From Candidatus Poribacteria bacterium (GTDB taxonomy: Bacteria; Poribacteria; WGA-4E; PCPOR2b): a stretch of 64,000 nt of DNA. A program made the translations under genes and the position numbers. Under the pieces are notes generated by a model that had not been told where the DNA came from, did not search any database, and was given only the letters and a program-made list of their open reading frames with translations. Of this stretch, positions 41,264 through 51,850 are shown one piece after another (the stretch's first letter is position 1; the number at the start of each line of letters is the position of its first letter). The stretch spans positions 2,048,001-2,112,000 of the forward strand of contig OZ242351.1 in the NCBI GenBank assembly GCA_965208675.1, read 5' to 3'.

Positions 41264-42217
41264 ATGATAATGGACCAATCAACATCGAACCGCGGCGCCG
41301 AGGTTGAAATTGAGGGCAGCGGCGGGTTTAGATACGAGGTCGCCCAAGATTGGGAACAGTTGCCGCAAGGATTACGCTTCGGCGAAGTGGCTGGCGTAGC
41401 GGTAGACTCAAACGACCGCGTTTATGTTTTCCACCGCAGCGAGACTCCGGTTGTAATCTTCGAGCGCGACGGCACTTTTGTGAACTCTTGGGGCGAGGGC
41501 GACTTCGCTCGACCGCACGGCATATTTATTGGACCTGACGATTCAGTGTATCTTACCGATGATTTCGACCACACGGTCCGGAAGTTTACGACGGACGGCG
41601 AGCTCCTCTTGACGTTGGGCGTGAGCGGTGAATGCCCGGATACCGGCGTAATAAACATGGATCCCGGCACGGTTGTCCGCGCGGGACCGCCCTTTAATTT
41701 GCCAACGAATTTAGGTCTTTCCCAGAATGGCGACATGTACATCTCAGATGGGTATGGCAATGCCCGCGTCCACAAATTTTCGGCGGACGGCGAACTCCTT
41801 TTATCGTGGGGAGAACCCGGCACTGGGCCCGGGCAGTTTATTCTCCCGCACGGCGTTGCTCTGGACCGGAATGACAAAGTGTACGTCGCGGATCGGTCGA
41901 ACAATCGAATCCAAGTCTTCACGGCTGGCGGCGAGTATCTGACCGAATGGACGGATACAGAATCTCCGTGTCAGCTATTCATTGACGCCGATGACTATGC
42001 TTACGTAGCGGAATTGCCCGGCCGAGTCAGTATTTTTGATCTCAACGGCGCACTCCAAGCACGGTGGGGTACCGGCAGTGGGGCGGACATACCGGGTGAT
42101 TTGCAGGGCGCCCACGGCATATACGTTGATGCGCATGGCGACTTGTACGTGGGAGAAGTCGGTTTACTGCCAGAATCGCCGAATCGACATCATTTGCAGA
42201 AGTTTATCCGAATTTGA
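41264..42217 (+). CDS. NHL-repeat beta-propeller (PAL-like family)
   Basis: F.RPHGI, YISDGYGNARVHKF, GQFILPHGVA, VYVADRSNNRIQVF. Confidence 0.9.
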   Translation: MIMDQSTSNRGAEVEIEGSGGFRYEVAQDWEQLPQGLRFGEVAGVAVDSNDRVYVFHRSETPVVIFERDGTFVNSWGEGDFARPHGIFIGPDDSVYLTDDFDHTVRKFTTDGELLLTLGVSGECPDTGVINMDPGTVVRAGPPFNLPTNLGLSQNGDMYISDGYGNARVHKFSADGELLLSWGEPGTGPGQFILPHGVALDRNDKVYVADRSNNRIQVFTAGGEYLTEWTDTESPCQLFIDADDYAYVAELPGRVSIFDLNGALQARWGTGSGADIPGDLQGAHGIYVDAHGDLYVGEVGLLPESPNRHHLQKFIRI

Positions 42218-42237
42218 TAGTGACATGAATATTTTGT

Positions 42238-42272
42238 CCTTCGGAAGGCATTCTGCCTTCCGAAGGTTCCAC
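42238..42272. repeat. Perfect 13-bp-stem palindrome (terminator or GTGG-led REP)
   Basis: CCTTCGGAAGGCA-TTC-TGCCTTCCGAAGG followed by TTCCAC. Confidence 0.6.
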
Positions 42273-42327
42273 ACTTAAGCACGCCGTATTCACCACAATC
42301 AGATTTACCTGAAAAACCAGAGGCGAC

Positions 42328-43158
42328 ATGAGAACGTACGATTGCGAACCGACGTTAAATGACTTACAAGTTTTGGAATTCTGCCATAACGGTTATTTGA
42401 TGCTAGAAGGCGTTGTTCCAGACGAAATTAACAAAAGAACTACCCAGTTTCTTGAAGAACACACAGGAGAGACGTTCGGCAAAATTGTGGATGAAGACTG
42501 GTTTGTGGACAATGTGCTCACCAATCCACAAGCGGCGGGTGCGGTGCGGTCACTGCTCGGCAAGGATTTCTCTCTGACGATGCCTTATATGGCAAATCAT
42601 CAAGCCGAGGGACCGGGACCAGCGCAAGGCTGGCACCGGGACGGCGGTTCTGTATATAGCCACGAACTCGATTCGCTTCAAGTTTTCTACTATCCGCAAG
42701 ATACGCCCTTAGCAATGGGGCCAACTGAAGTAGTGCCGGGCTCCCATTTTCTTTTTGCCTTACAAGGCTTTATGCATCACTACACAGGTATCCGAGATGC
42801 GGTTTCTACCGCGGCGCCGGCTGGATCCATCTTCCTTACCGTTTATTCAATATGGCACCGTCGCGGCGCGTCCACCCTCGGCGGTACCCGCAACTTGCTC
42901 AAATACTGGTACATGCGGACTTCACCTCCGGAACGGGACTGGATAATCGACCCGGAATTTGACTTAGAGCACGCCTATCACGTCCCCGTCAAAAACACCT
43001 TCAACCGAGAAGGGCATCGAGCGCGCAATGACGCCGCGGAGATGTTTTATTGGTTGTGCGGGAGAAAGAGCGAATACCGCGCACGAAGCAACAATCTGCC
43101 CGTGTATTACTATGAAAAGCGAAAGCTCTGTAAATATTGCGGATACCGCGTGCGGTAG
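42328..43158 (+). CDS. PhyH-family dioxygenase with C-terminal CxxC
   Basis: QGWHRD, YYPQDTP...GPTEVVPGSH, SIWHRR, tail KLCKYCGYR. Confidence 0.88.
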   Translation: MRTYDCEPTLNDLQVLEFCHNGYLMLEGVVPDEINKRTTQFLEEHTGETFGKIVDEDWFVDNVLTNPQAAGAVRSLLGKDFSLTMPYMANHQAEGPGPAQGWHRDGGSVYSHELDSLQVFYYPQDTPLAMGPTEVVPGSHFLFALQGFMHHYTGIRDAVSTAAPAGSIFLTVYSIWHRRGASTLGGTRNLLKYWYMRTSPPERDWIIDPEFDLEHAYHVPVKNTFNREGHRARNDAAEMFYWLCGRKSEYRARSNNLPVYYYEKRKLCKYCGYRVR

Positions 43159-43188
43159 ACATGCCAAATGTGGAGATAAGACACAGTT

Positions 43189-43983
43189 ATGAGAACTTAC
43201 GATTGCGCGCCTACGTTGACTGACTCGCAAGTGTTGGATTTTTGCCGTGCGGGCTTTTTGATGCTTGAAGGCGTTGTTCCGGACGAGATTAACACAAGGG
43301 CATTCGATTATCTGGACGAGCATCCCGAACATACGCCGCTCCAAATTTTGGAGGAGGACTGGTTTGTCGACAATGTCATCCTTAATCCAGACGCGGCTGG
43401 TGCGATTCGGTCGGTGTTGGGCAAGAATTTTGCGTTGACCATGCCTTACATGGCAAATCACCGCGTGCAATGTCCGGAGACCGCACAGGGATGGCATCGG
43501 GACAAAGGCTCGGTGTTTACTCATGGGCTGGATTCGCTGCAGGTGTTTTACTATCCACAGGATACGCCTCTGGAGCTTGGCCCGACGGAAATCATACCGG
43601 GGTCGCATTTTCGGTACGCCGATGGAAGCGCTATGAGCCACTACGGCAGCATTCGAAATTCGGTGTCAACTGCGGCGCCTGCCGGCTCGATCTTCCTCAC
43701 TGTCTATTCGATATGGCACCGGCGCACTATGTCCACGGCGAGCGGGACGCGGAACCTGTTGAAGTATTGGTACATGCGGACGGTTCCACCAGAGCGAGAT
43801 TGGATTATGGAGCCGGAGTTTGAACTCGAGCACGCCTATCATGTTTCGATTTCTGACACGGCGGAGATGTTCTATTGGCTTTGCGGGCGGCACAGTGAGT
43901 TCCGTGCGCGGCGTAACAATTTGCCCGCCTACTACTACGAGGCGAGGAAGCTGTGTAAGTATTGCGGATATCGCATTGGGTAG
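43189..43983 (+). CDS. PhyH-family dioxygenase with C-terminal CxxC, tandem paralog
   Basis: Highly similar to 42328-43158, with a short deletion near the C-terminus. Confidence 0.88.
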   Translation: MRTYDCAPTLTDSQVLDFCRAGFLMLEGVVPDEINTRAFDYLDEHPEHTPLQILEEDWFVDNVILNPDAAGAIRSVLGKNFALTMPYMANHRVQCPETAQGWHRDKGSVFTHGLDSLQVFYYPQDTPLELGPTEIIPGSHFRYADGSAMSHYGSIRNSVSTAAPAGSIFLTVYSIWHRRTMSTASGTRNLLKYWYMRTVPPERDWIMEPEFELEHAYHVSISDTAEMFYWLCGRHSEFRARRNNLPAYYYEARKLCKYCGYRIG

Positions 43984-44031
43984 ATAAACGGCACAAATGG
44001 GGCAATTAATTGGTTAGATTCTAATTGCTCT

Positions 44032-46401
44032 TTAACGTGCGCCGTAGGTGTTCTGTTCTGATGGAGGGCGCGCCGGTTGGTACAGGTCGAAATCGGCGGT
44101 GTTGAAATCCCCGTCGGCGGGCAAAAGGAAGTAGACCATTCCCGGCACGGTCGCAAATTCCAAAATTGGATTAGTAAACGACTGGACGAATTCTCCTGAA
44201 GAATCGCACAACTTCGCGGGGCTCGCATAAGGGTTCACAATACGGCACCTCCCACCAACTGTGCTTTCGACGCTCACGAATTTGACCTGACCCGCTTTCA
44301 GGCACGAGGAGACCAGAAACGCACCTTCCGTCCGCAGCCGGTAAAAAGCGACATCCTCCCACGCTTTTGGCAGCGCCGGAAAGACGCGGATAATCCCGCC
44401 CCAACTCTGGAGCAGCATCTCCATAATTACCGCAGGCATTCCGAGACTCGGTTCCAACGGCACGCCTTCCGCTGCTTTGCCCCGTTCGTACGGCGCATTG
44501 GTGGCGAGACCAACCGGCGTAACATAGTTCTCATAGGCTTTAAGCGCTTCGACACACTTATCACCTTTTCCAACCCGCGCATAAATCATCGCTAGGTATA
44601 CGTAGGACCAACACTGCCAGTCAGTTACAAATCCGTGGGATTCAACCTGTGCAAGGCTCTGATCGATGAGATAATTCTCTTCGGTTTCGCCGTCAATCGA
44701 AATTTGGTGCATCGGATAAATCGGAAACAGGTGCGTCATATGTCGGTGCGGACGGTCTAGCGGTTGCCCGCTCCAGATGTGAAGCCCATCCGTCCCGTGC
44801 GGGAAGGGTGCGAGATTTGACAGAACATCCCGCCAGCGTTCGGCATCCGGATCGTCGCTTTTGAGAATACCCACCGATTCAAGAAGAGATTCCGTTAGAA
44901 AGCGGATGAGCGCCAAATCTGCGGAGGCGTCAGGTCCCCAAGGAACCCCATTTTCGGGGATGAATTCTGGCGAACATGACCACGGGAGATGCCACAGTCC
45001 ATCGCCGCCTCGTTCAAGCATGCCGAGATAGGTCTTCATGAACTCGCGCATAATCGGGTAGGCGCGTTCCCGCAGAAATTTTTCGTCGAGCGAATAGCGG
45101 TAGCGCAGCCAAAAGAAATGACACACCCATGCACCGCAACCGGGCCAATAGGTGGTGCTAGCATCGCCCATTAGGCTGATTGTCCCGTCCGCGCCAAGCG
45201 CGCCGCCCAGCCACGGCCCTTCCCAGCCGAACTCCCTGCCGCGCCGGCAGAATTCGGGGAGGAGTTTCCAACTCCATTCGCAGAGCGCGTCTAACATCTC
45301 AAGTCGATTCGAGGTGTAGATGGGCCAATAGTACATCGGCAAATCAAAGTGAGGCCGCCCAGCGCCAACCACCATGTCCGTATCCGGCGTCCAGGGCGCC
45401 AGAAGTCCCATGGGCCAATGCTTTTCGGGATTTGAAGCTGAACCGAGCTGGTAGATTCCTAAATGGTAGAGGCTTTCGAGTTGGCAATCCGGTATGGAGA
45501 TAAAAGAACGCGACCAGTATGCACTCCACCATGCGGTATGTGCGTCCAAAAGCGATGCAACGCCCTCCTGTTTTGCTTCTCGGAGCACGGCTCTGGCACG
45601 CAGGTCAGGATTGGGCGCCTCCGCGGAACTTGCCAAAGTTATGTAGAAGACACAACGAGTCGAGGCTGGACGGTCGGTTATACCGCGGACATAGAACTCC
45701 TGCCCGTTCAACATCGCCTGTTTCCAACCCCATTCCCGTCCGCCAAGGTCGAGTTCAGCGGGAGGATACGCTACGGGCTGCTCGGGACCTGCCGCCCGAA
45801 CATCGCCAGGCATACCGCTGAAGCGGAACTGCCCCAATTCCACCTCAGCCGGGTGACAGGCAACTGATGGAGAGAATGTATGCGCATTCGTTTCTATAGT
45901 GATTACAATCACATTTCTTTGCGGCGGGATGAAGGCTGACAGGTTGAGATTCTGTTTTCCTGAAACCATCTGGGCTATTGCCTGCGCGCGACTTAACTGA
46001 AGCCGTCCTCGAAAATCCGTCGGCGTAGAACCGAGGTCAATTTCGATTCGGCCTACCGGCGGATGGTAAACGAGCTGCCAGCTCTTGGAGAAAACTCCTT
46101 CTGTGTCCTTCCACCGTCCAGATTCTAAGCCCGCAACAAGGGTACTCCAATGGAAGTCCGGGTGGATAACTCTAGTCTGCGGGGCGGTTTCGAAAAGGTC
46201 GAGCTTGTCAAGCGAAATGTTCAGTCGTTCCCGTTCAAACCAGAGTACGGCGCCAATGTCGCCGTTGGCGAGTAGCATTCCCTCGTCCCAGATTTCGGGT
46301 GCACGTTCATACAGGAGATGGTGCTGCCTTAACCATCTGTCCATGTCTGGCGATGCTATAGATTTAGGTTGAGATGGCTGCGGATGATCTTCGAATGTCA
46401 C
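44032..46401 (-). CDS. GH95-like (alpha-L-fucosidase-type) glycoside hydrolase
   Basis: WDEGMLLANG.IGA, AH.AWW..YW.RS, SPE, HRHMTHLFPIYP, EMLLQSW...IRVFPALP.AW, LRTEGAFLVS. Confidence 0.82.
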   Translation of the reverse strand: MTFEDHPQPSQPKSIASPDMDRWLRQHHLLYERAPEIWDEGMLLANGDIGAVLWFERERLNISLDKLDLFETAPQTRVIHPDFHWSTLVAGLESGRWKDTEGVFSKSWQLVYHPPVGRIEIDLGSTPTDFRGRLQLSRAQAIAQMVSGKQNLNLSAFIPPQRNVIVITIETNAHTFSPSVACHPAEVELGQFRFSGMPGDVRAAGPEQPVAYPPAELDLGGREWGWKQAMLNGQEFYVRGITDRPASTRCVFYITLASSAEAPNPDLRARAVLREAKQEGVASLLDAHTAWWSAYWSRSFISIPDCQLESLYHLGIYQLGSASNPEKHWPMGLLAPWTPDTDMVVGAGRPHFDLPMYYWPIYTSNRLEMLDALCEWSWKLLPEFCRRGREFGWEGPWLGGALGADGTISLMGDASTTYWPGCGAWVCHFFWLRYRYSLDEKFLRERAYPIMREFMKTYLGMLERGGDGLWHLPWSCSPEFIPENGVPWGPDASADLALIRFLTESLLESVGILKSDDPDAERWRDVLSNLAPFPHGTDGLHIWSGQPLDRPHRHMTHLFPIYPMHQISIDGETEENYLIDQSLAQVESHGFVTDWQCWSYVYLAMIYARVGKGDKCVEALKAYENYVTPVGLATNAPYERGKAAEGVPLEPSLGMPAVIMEMLLQSWGGIIRVFPALPKAWEDVAFYRLRTEGAFLVSSCLKAGQVKFVSVESTVGGRCRIVNPYASPAKLCDSSGEFVQSFTNPILEFATVPGMVYFLLPADGDFNTADFDLYQPARPPSEQNTYGAR

Positions 46402-46527
46402 TGTAAGGTTAATTCAAGCTTAAGTGTAGGGGTGCGGTGCTAACATTTAGTCTTGGGTTTCTATATGAACTGTTACTGCCTCGGATGGCTGTTTATTCCG
46501 GCAAATTTTTGTGCCAGAATATCGATC

Positions 46528-46556
46528 TTGACAGCGGTTAACGGGTCGGCTATGAT
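46528..46556 (+). promoter_or_regulatory. sigma70-type promoter facing the tandem repeats and tricorn gene
   Basis: TTGACA-17 nt-TATGAT. Confidence 0.6.
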
Positions 46557-46647
46557 ATTCGCGAATTGTCCGCTCATTTCTGCATTGAAAAGAGAATAAC
46601 ACCCCTCCACCCAATTGTCTAGAGATTTTTGGCATACTTCATCCGAT

Positions 46648-47211
46648 CTGTGATTTTTGTGATTGAACGATGGGCTATGATTGTGTGAGCACATAATGAT
46701 TCGGTGTTGAAGCGTAGGCGGATTGGCTGCCGCTTACAACAACTAGGACTTCGCCAATTGGTGTTTGGGACAGTGTTCGTGTTGGGTAATCATTTGGGAT
46801 GGGAGAGGTTTTAAAAGCGTTGGGTTTCGCTCCATTCATCGGAATTTGCACGCGGTGAGGTTGACGAAGCGATTCGTGTTGATGGGCGGTTTTTGCCTGA
46901 ATCCGCTCTACCCAACCTACAAGAACTGTCTGAACTGTGATTTTTGTGATTGAACGATGGGCTATGATTGTGGGAGCACATAATGATTCGGTGTTGAAGC
47001 GTAGGCGGATTGGCTACCGCTTACAACAACTAGGACTTCGCCAATTGGTGTTTGGGACAGTGTTCGTGTTGGGTAATCATTTGGGATGGGAGAGGTTTTA
47101 AAAGCGTTGGGTTTCGCTCCAGCCATCGGAGTTTGCACGCGGTAAGGTTGATGGGGCGACTCGTGTTGATGGGCGGTTTTTGGCTGAATCCGCTCTACCC
47201 AACCTACAAGA
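46648..47211. repeat. Two tandem direct repeats with a 287-bp period, each ending in a split-REP cassette
   Basis: 46648-46924 vs 46935-47211 are near-identical; mismatches cluster in the 72-nt inserts (46832-46903, 47119-47190). Confidence 0.92.
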
Positions 47212-47311
47212 GCAACAAAAGCGGTGGTCGTGATTCGGAGATTGGTCCTACAGCTGATAACAGTTCGACAGATTATTGAGAGATAACTTGTTGATTTAGA
47301 AAGGAACCCGC

Positions 47312-50300
47312 ATGGCCAATTTGAGCCATCCTTATTTGACGTTGTTATCAACCCTCTACACCGCCGGAAACCGTAATGGAGACAGGTCCGAAACCGCTCA
47401 TTTCCCGTATATGTGCCAACCGAGCGTTTCGCCGAGCGGGAACGAAATCGCATTTTGCTATGCCGGTGACGTGTGGATAGTATCTGCAGAAGGCGGGCAG
47501 GCTAGGCGGGTTACGTCTCACCCAAGCCACGATTCACATCCCATTTTCTCACCGGATGGGAGCGAATTGGCGTTTGCCTCTCAGCGCACAGGAGAGGGAA
47601 ATATTTACGTCATCTCGCTAAACTCAAGCGAGCCACCGAGGCGTTTGACATATCACAGCGCATCAGTTCCGCCTGCATGTTGGTCGCCTGACGGAAATTG
47701 GATCTATTTTGCCTCAATGTACGATGGCATCTGCGGCGCGATTTACAAGATATCGGTTGATGGCGGCACGCCAATCCGCATTGCCGGCGACCCTATGGAA
47801 TCCCACTATAACGCAGCTATTTCCCCGGACGGAGGTAGGTTAGCGTTTAACAACAACGGACACGCGTGGTGGCGGCGGGGGCCTAATCCGGCGGGACATT
47901 CCGACATTTGGACGGTGGAGGTTTGTGGAACAGGCTATAAACGGTTAACGCAGTACCTCGGCAAGAATCTGAACCCCATGTGGAACGCGGACGGGGATGG
48001 GGTCTATTATCTCAGCGACCGCAGCGGCCAGGAAAATATCTGGTGTATGCGCTTGGACGGAGACGGAAGCGCCGAGCAAATTACGCATTTTACCGACGGA
48101 CGTGTGTTGCGCCCATCAATCTCCGCGGACAGCGAATGGATTGCGTTTGAGCGCGGCTTTCAGCTCTGGCGGTTAAATCTCAGTAATCGAGAGTGCGATC
48201 CAATAGACATCACTGTGTACACCGACGAAAAATCTAACCCTGTGACGCATCGAACTTACACGGGGGACATCGTCGAATTCCAACTTTCACCGGACGGGAA
48301 AAAGGCTGCGTTCATTGTCCACGGAGACGTTTTTGCGGATCTCGCCGATAAGGGTGAGAAAGTAAAAAAAGGAGGGGATTCATTTAAGGTCACGGATACG
48401 CCCGCCCGTGAGAGTCAGTTGCGCTGGCACCCTGAGAGTAATCGGGTTGTTTATGTGTCGGATTGGTTGGGGAACAACCAAATCTTCGCGTACGATTTTG
48501 TAGCGCATGTAGAGACGCAACTCACCCATTCACCAGAGCAGAAATTCGCGCCGAAATATTCGCCGGATGGCAAAACGCTCGCCTACATGCAGAGCAATAC
48601 CGAAATTTGGTTGATGGACACCGAAACACTCGAAAGCCGCCCCTTCATCACAAATCAGGTATTCGTCAATGTGCCCATACCGGCAGACTTCGGCTGGTCC
48701 CCTGATAGCAAATGGCTTGCGTTTATCGCTCAAGACCAGAATTTCTTTAGCAACCTCTACGTCCAACATGTCGAAGACAGCACGCCGAAACAGACTACTT
48801 TCTTGAGCAACGTCCGTGCTTACAACACGCTTTGGTCGCCCGACGGAAAATTCATCATATTCAATACGGGACAGTACCGGACAGAAAACCAGATTGCGCG
48901 GGTAGACCTTAAGCCGATCCAGCCAATATTCAAGGAAGAGGTTTTTGATAAGCTTTTTGAAGCAGAAAAGGATAACGCTAGCGAAGAAGAAAGACCGGAG
49001 ACTGGCGCCAAACAATCCGAAAATGGCAAGGCATCCGATAAAGAAAACGATACGGACAAAGCGCAAATCGAACCGGTCGAGATTTCTTTTGAGTCTATCA
49101 AGCACCGGCTTCGCTTCCTCACGGATGCTAAACTAAACGCGGCGGCGTTGCGTATTCACCCTGACAGTAAAACCCTAATCTTCCGCGCTGTCATGAATGG
49201 CCATCCCAATCTCTGGAGTATGTTTCTTGAGGATGAAAAGCTGGGTGAACTTCCAAAGCAGCTAACTTCAACTGCAACCGGTAAAGGTAATGTCCATGTC
49301 ATGCCAGATGGCAAAAGAATCTATTACAACGACGGCGGTCGAATTCATACACTTGGGCTTAGTGAAGACGGCGGTAAAGAAGGTGATTCAAGAGTAATTG
49401 AAACTATAGCAGAGGTTGAAATCGATTTTCACCTTCAGAAAATGCAATCATTCAATGAAGCGTGGCGGCTGATACGGGATAGTTTCTACGATTCGCAATT
49501 TCACGGCTGCGATTGGGAGGAGCTGTTGGGGCAATTTCGACCGATTATTCAGGGCGTCCAAACGCAAACGGATTTCCGTGAAGTTTTGAATCTTATGGTC
49601 GGCGAACTGAACGCCTCGCACCTTGGCGCACGGGGCGGTAACGCGAATACATCTGACAGCCACCTCGGTGCGGATTTCGATCAGGAGGCATTGGAGGGCC
49701 GCGGGCATTTCAAAATCACCCATCTCCTACCGGAATCGCCATTGACCCTGCCGAGAGAGCCCGCCGGAGTTGGCGATTATCTGCTCGCGGTGGACGGCGT
49801 CGGACTCAACGGGCAGGTCAATCTCGCCAAGCTACTCCAGCGAAAAAGCGGTAAACGCGTTGGGGTAAAACTCAACGACAAACCGGAACTCGCGGGCGCA
49901 CGCGATCTAACCGTTCAGCCGATTGACGCAAGCCGATACGCCGATCTTCGTTATAAAAATTGGGTGCGATGCAATGGCGCATATGTCAATGAAAAGAGCA
50001 ACGGCCGGCTCGGATACGTCCATATCCCCGCGATGTCCTATGAGGCCTACCTCCAATTCACCGCCGATCTCGATGCCGAAACGCACAACAAAGCGGGCGT
50101 CATCATAGATGTCCGGTTCAACCCTGGCGGACACATCGCACCGTTCATCCTGGACGTGCTGTACCGAAAAGCGTATACGAGTTCAAGTTACCGCGGGCGA
50201 ATCGCCACACCGGACACGCACTTGGCCGGGAGCCGCATCCTTGACAAGCCCCTTATACTGATTGTCAATGAGCATTCGGCAAGCAACGCGGAGATGTTCA

Positions 50301-50581
50301 GCGAAGGTTTCCGCAAATTAGGATTGGGAAAGGTTGTCGGTATGCCCACTGCCGGCGCCGTGATTTGGACAACGAATTTGAGATTGCTCGACGGGACATG
50401 GTTCCGATTGCCGCGGTTTAAGGTAACAACCCTTGAGGGTGAAAATACCGAAGGGGTTGGCAGACCGGTTGATGTGGAGGTCGACCGTCCGCTCGGAGAA
50501 GCCGAACAGGGTGTAGACAGCCAACTTGATGCCGCGGTCGAACAGTTACTTGCACAAATTGATTGCGGAAATGAGGCGTAG
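47312..50581 (+). CDS. Tricorn-like S41 protease (PD40 propellers, PDZ, protease domain)
   Basis: P.FSPDG repeats, GELNASH, GYVHIP.M, IDVRFNPGG, catalytic SASNAE. Exact start uncertain. Confidence 0.92.
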   Translation: MANLSHPYLTLLSTLYTAGNRNGDRSETAHFPYMCQPSVSPSGNEIAFCYAGDVWIVSAEGGQARRVTSHPSHDSHPIFSPDGSELAFASQRTGEGNIYVISLNSSEPPRRLTYHSASVPPACWSPDGNWIYFASMYDGICGAIYKISVDGGTPIRIAGDPMESHYNAAISPDGGRLAFNNNGHAWWRRGPNPAGHSDIWTVEVCGTGYKRLTQYLGKNLNPMWNADGDGVYYLSDRSGQENIWCMRLDGDGSAEQITHFTDGRVLRPSISADSEWIAFERGFQLWRLNLSNRECDPIDITVYTDEKSNPVTHRTYTGDIVEFQLSPDGKKAAFIVHGDVFADLADKGEKVKKGGDSFKVTDTPARESQLRWHPESNRVVYVSDWLGNNQIFAYDFVAHVETQLTHSPEQKFAPKYSPDGKTLAYMQSNTEIWLMDTETLESRPFITNQVFVNVPIPADFGWSPDSKWLAFIAQDQNFFSNLYVQHVEDSTPKQTTFLSNVRAYNTLWSPDGKFIIFNTGQYRTENQIARVDLKPIQPIFKEEVFDKLFEAEKDNASEEERPETGAKQSENGKASDKENDTDKAQIEPVEISFESIKHRLRFLTDAKLNAAALRIHPDSKTLIFRAVMNGHPNLWSMFLEDEKLGELPKQLTSTATGKGNVHVMPDGKRIYYNDGGRIHTLGLSEDGGKEGDSRVIETIAEVEIDFHLQKMQSFNEAWRLIRDSFYDSQFHGCDWEELLGQFRPIIQGVQTQTDFREVLNLMVGELNASHLGARGGNANTSDSHLGADFDQEALEGRGHFKITHLLPESPLTLPREPAGVGDYLLAVDGVGLNGQVNLAKLLQRKSGKRVGVKLNDKPELAGARDLTVQPIDASRYADLRYKNWVRCNGAYVNEKSNGRLGYVHIPAMSYEAYLQFTADLDAETHNKAGVIIDVRFNPGGHIAPFILDVLYRKAYTSSSYRGRIATPDTHLAGSRILDKPLILIVNEHSASNAEMFSEGFRKLGLGKVVGMPTAGAVIWTTNLRLLDGTWFRLPRFKVTTLEGENTEGVGRPVDVEVDRPLGEAEQGVDSQLDAAVEQLLAQIDCGNEA

Positions 50582-50835
50582 GGAACAACACCGGTAAGGA
50601 TTACTGGACATCTTTCCCAAATAACTCAATGTTGTGGACGGAACGTACGGGCCTGGGAGTTTTGACGATTGACATTTTTCCCAAGCCAATCGGATCCAGG
50701 GTTGATGCCATCGGGCACCGGTATATTATTGAATAAGTGTCTATAATTTAGTCTATATACCTGCCGCCCCCCTGGGGCTTAATCCGGTAATATTATGGAA
50801 AGGCATCCACTGGTAAAAGCGGCATCAGCAGGGAT

Positions 50836-51789
50836 CTACGGGATGCCCAGCGCTTCAATCTCCTGATGCAGATCGGACGGCAGCGGGCCGTCATAGGCCG
50901 CGATAACGTTCTCTTCTACCTCAGCGGGACTTTTTGGACCGATCAACATCGTGGTCACGTCCGGATCGCCCATGAGATACCGGACGCTTAGTGCAGCAAT
51001 TGAAAGACCGCTCTCGCGCTGTAATTCGTATAGGCGTTCGAATCGCCACCTGATATCCGGAGGGAAAGATTCAGCGACCTCCTGTTGAGATGATGCAAAC
51101 ATCCCGCCCCGAAGCGCGCCGCCCAATACCATGGCTACGCCCCGCTCGCGTGCGAGCGGCAGGGATTCGCGGCGAATGTCACGCCATATCAGGTCGTAGT
51201 GACCTGCAACCAGATAAGCGTCTACATCCACATGGCGTAATGCGTGAGCCGTCTCGGTTGCGCTGTTACCGGTTACGCCGGTAAACCGGCAAAGCCCCTG
51301 CGCTTTCGCCTCATTCAGCGCCTGCATGACAGGGGAATCCGCAAAATCGTAGTCTTGATCTGGATCCACGTATTCGTCGTGCGGTAATTCGTCTGACCAC
51401 CAGGCGCGCCAATCCGCCTCATGCACCTGAAACGCACCAATGCTATCCCGCTGCAGTGTACGCAGGTTTTCTCCAATTTGAACATGAATCGCCTCGACGG
51501 AACGGAAATGCCGCGTGTCGCGGAAATGACCAACTTTCGTCGCCAATACGTACCCTTCAGGGCGGCTCCTCAATGCCACGCCTAAAATCATCTGCGACGG
51601 CCCATAAAGCGGGGAGGTATCGATGTAGGTGATACCCATGTCGAGCGCACAATGCACTGTGGCTACCCCGTCGTTCAGGGAAATATCTCCGAGATGAGAG
51701 CCGCCCAATCCTACGACCGTTACATGTTCGTCCGATTTGCCAAAAGGCCGTTTCTCGATTGTGTTAGCCAATGGTGGTTCTCCTTTCAT
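50836..51789 (-). CDS. Aldo/keto reductase
   Basis: GLGG, GITYIDTSPLYG, LATKVG, QVHE. Confidence 0.88.
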   Translation of the reverse strand: MKGEPPLANTIEKRPFGKSDEHVTVVGLGGSHLGDISLNDGVATVHCALDMGITYIDTSPLYGPSQMILGVALRSRPEGYVLATKVGHFRDTRHFRSVEAIHVQIGENLRTLQRDSIGAFQVHEADWRAWWSDELPHDEYVDPDQDYDFADSPVMQALNEAKAQGLCRFTGVTGNSATETAHALRHVDVDAYLVAGHYDLIWRDIRRESLPLARERGVAMVLGGALRGGMFASSQQEVAESFPPDIRWRFERLYELQRESGLSIAALSVRYLMGDPDVTTMLIGPKSPAEVEENVIAAYDGPLPSDLHQEIEALGIP

Positions 51790-51850
51790 TCTTGAATCTT
51801 AAACCGGTTCCCCCGGCGGTTTAGCGCTTTGTTTGGGGGATGGGCGAAAT

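Noticed and set aside
46648-47211. CRISPR array
   Set aside because: Only two 287-bp units, no 25-45-nt repeat/spacer periodicity, and no cas genes in the window.
46962-47453. ORFs containing 'LVGWVER' (also 13250, 18278, 40930) as a small-protein family
   Set aside because: The peptide is just the translation of the REP arm GTAGGTTGGGTAGAGCG; there are no consistent starts or RBS.
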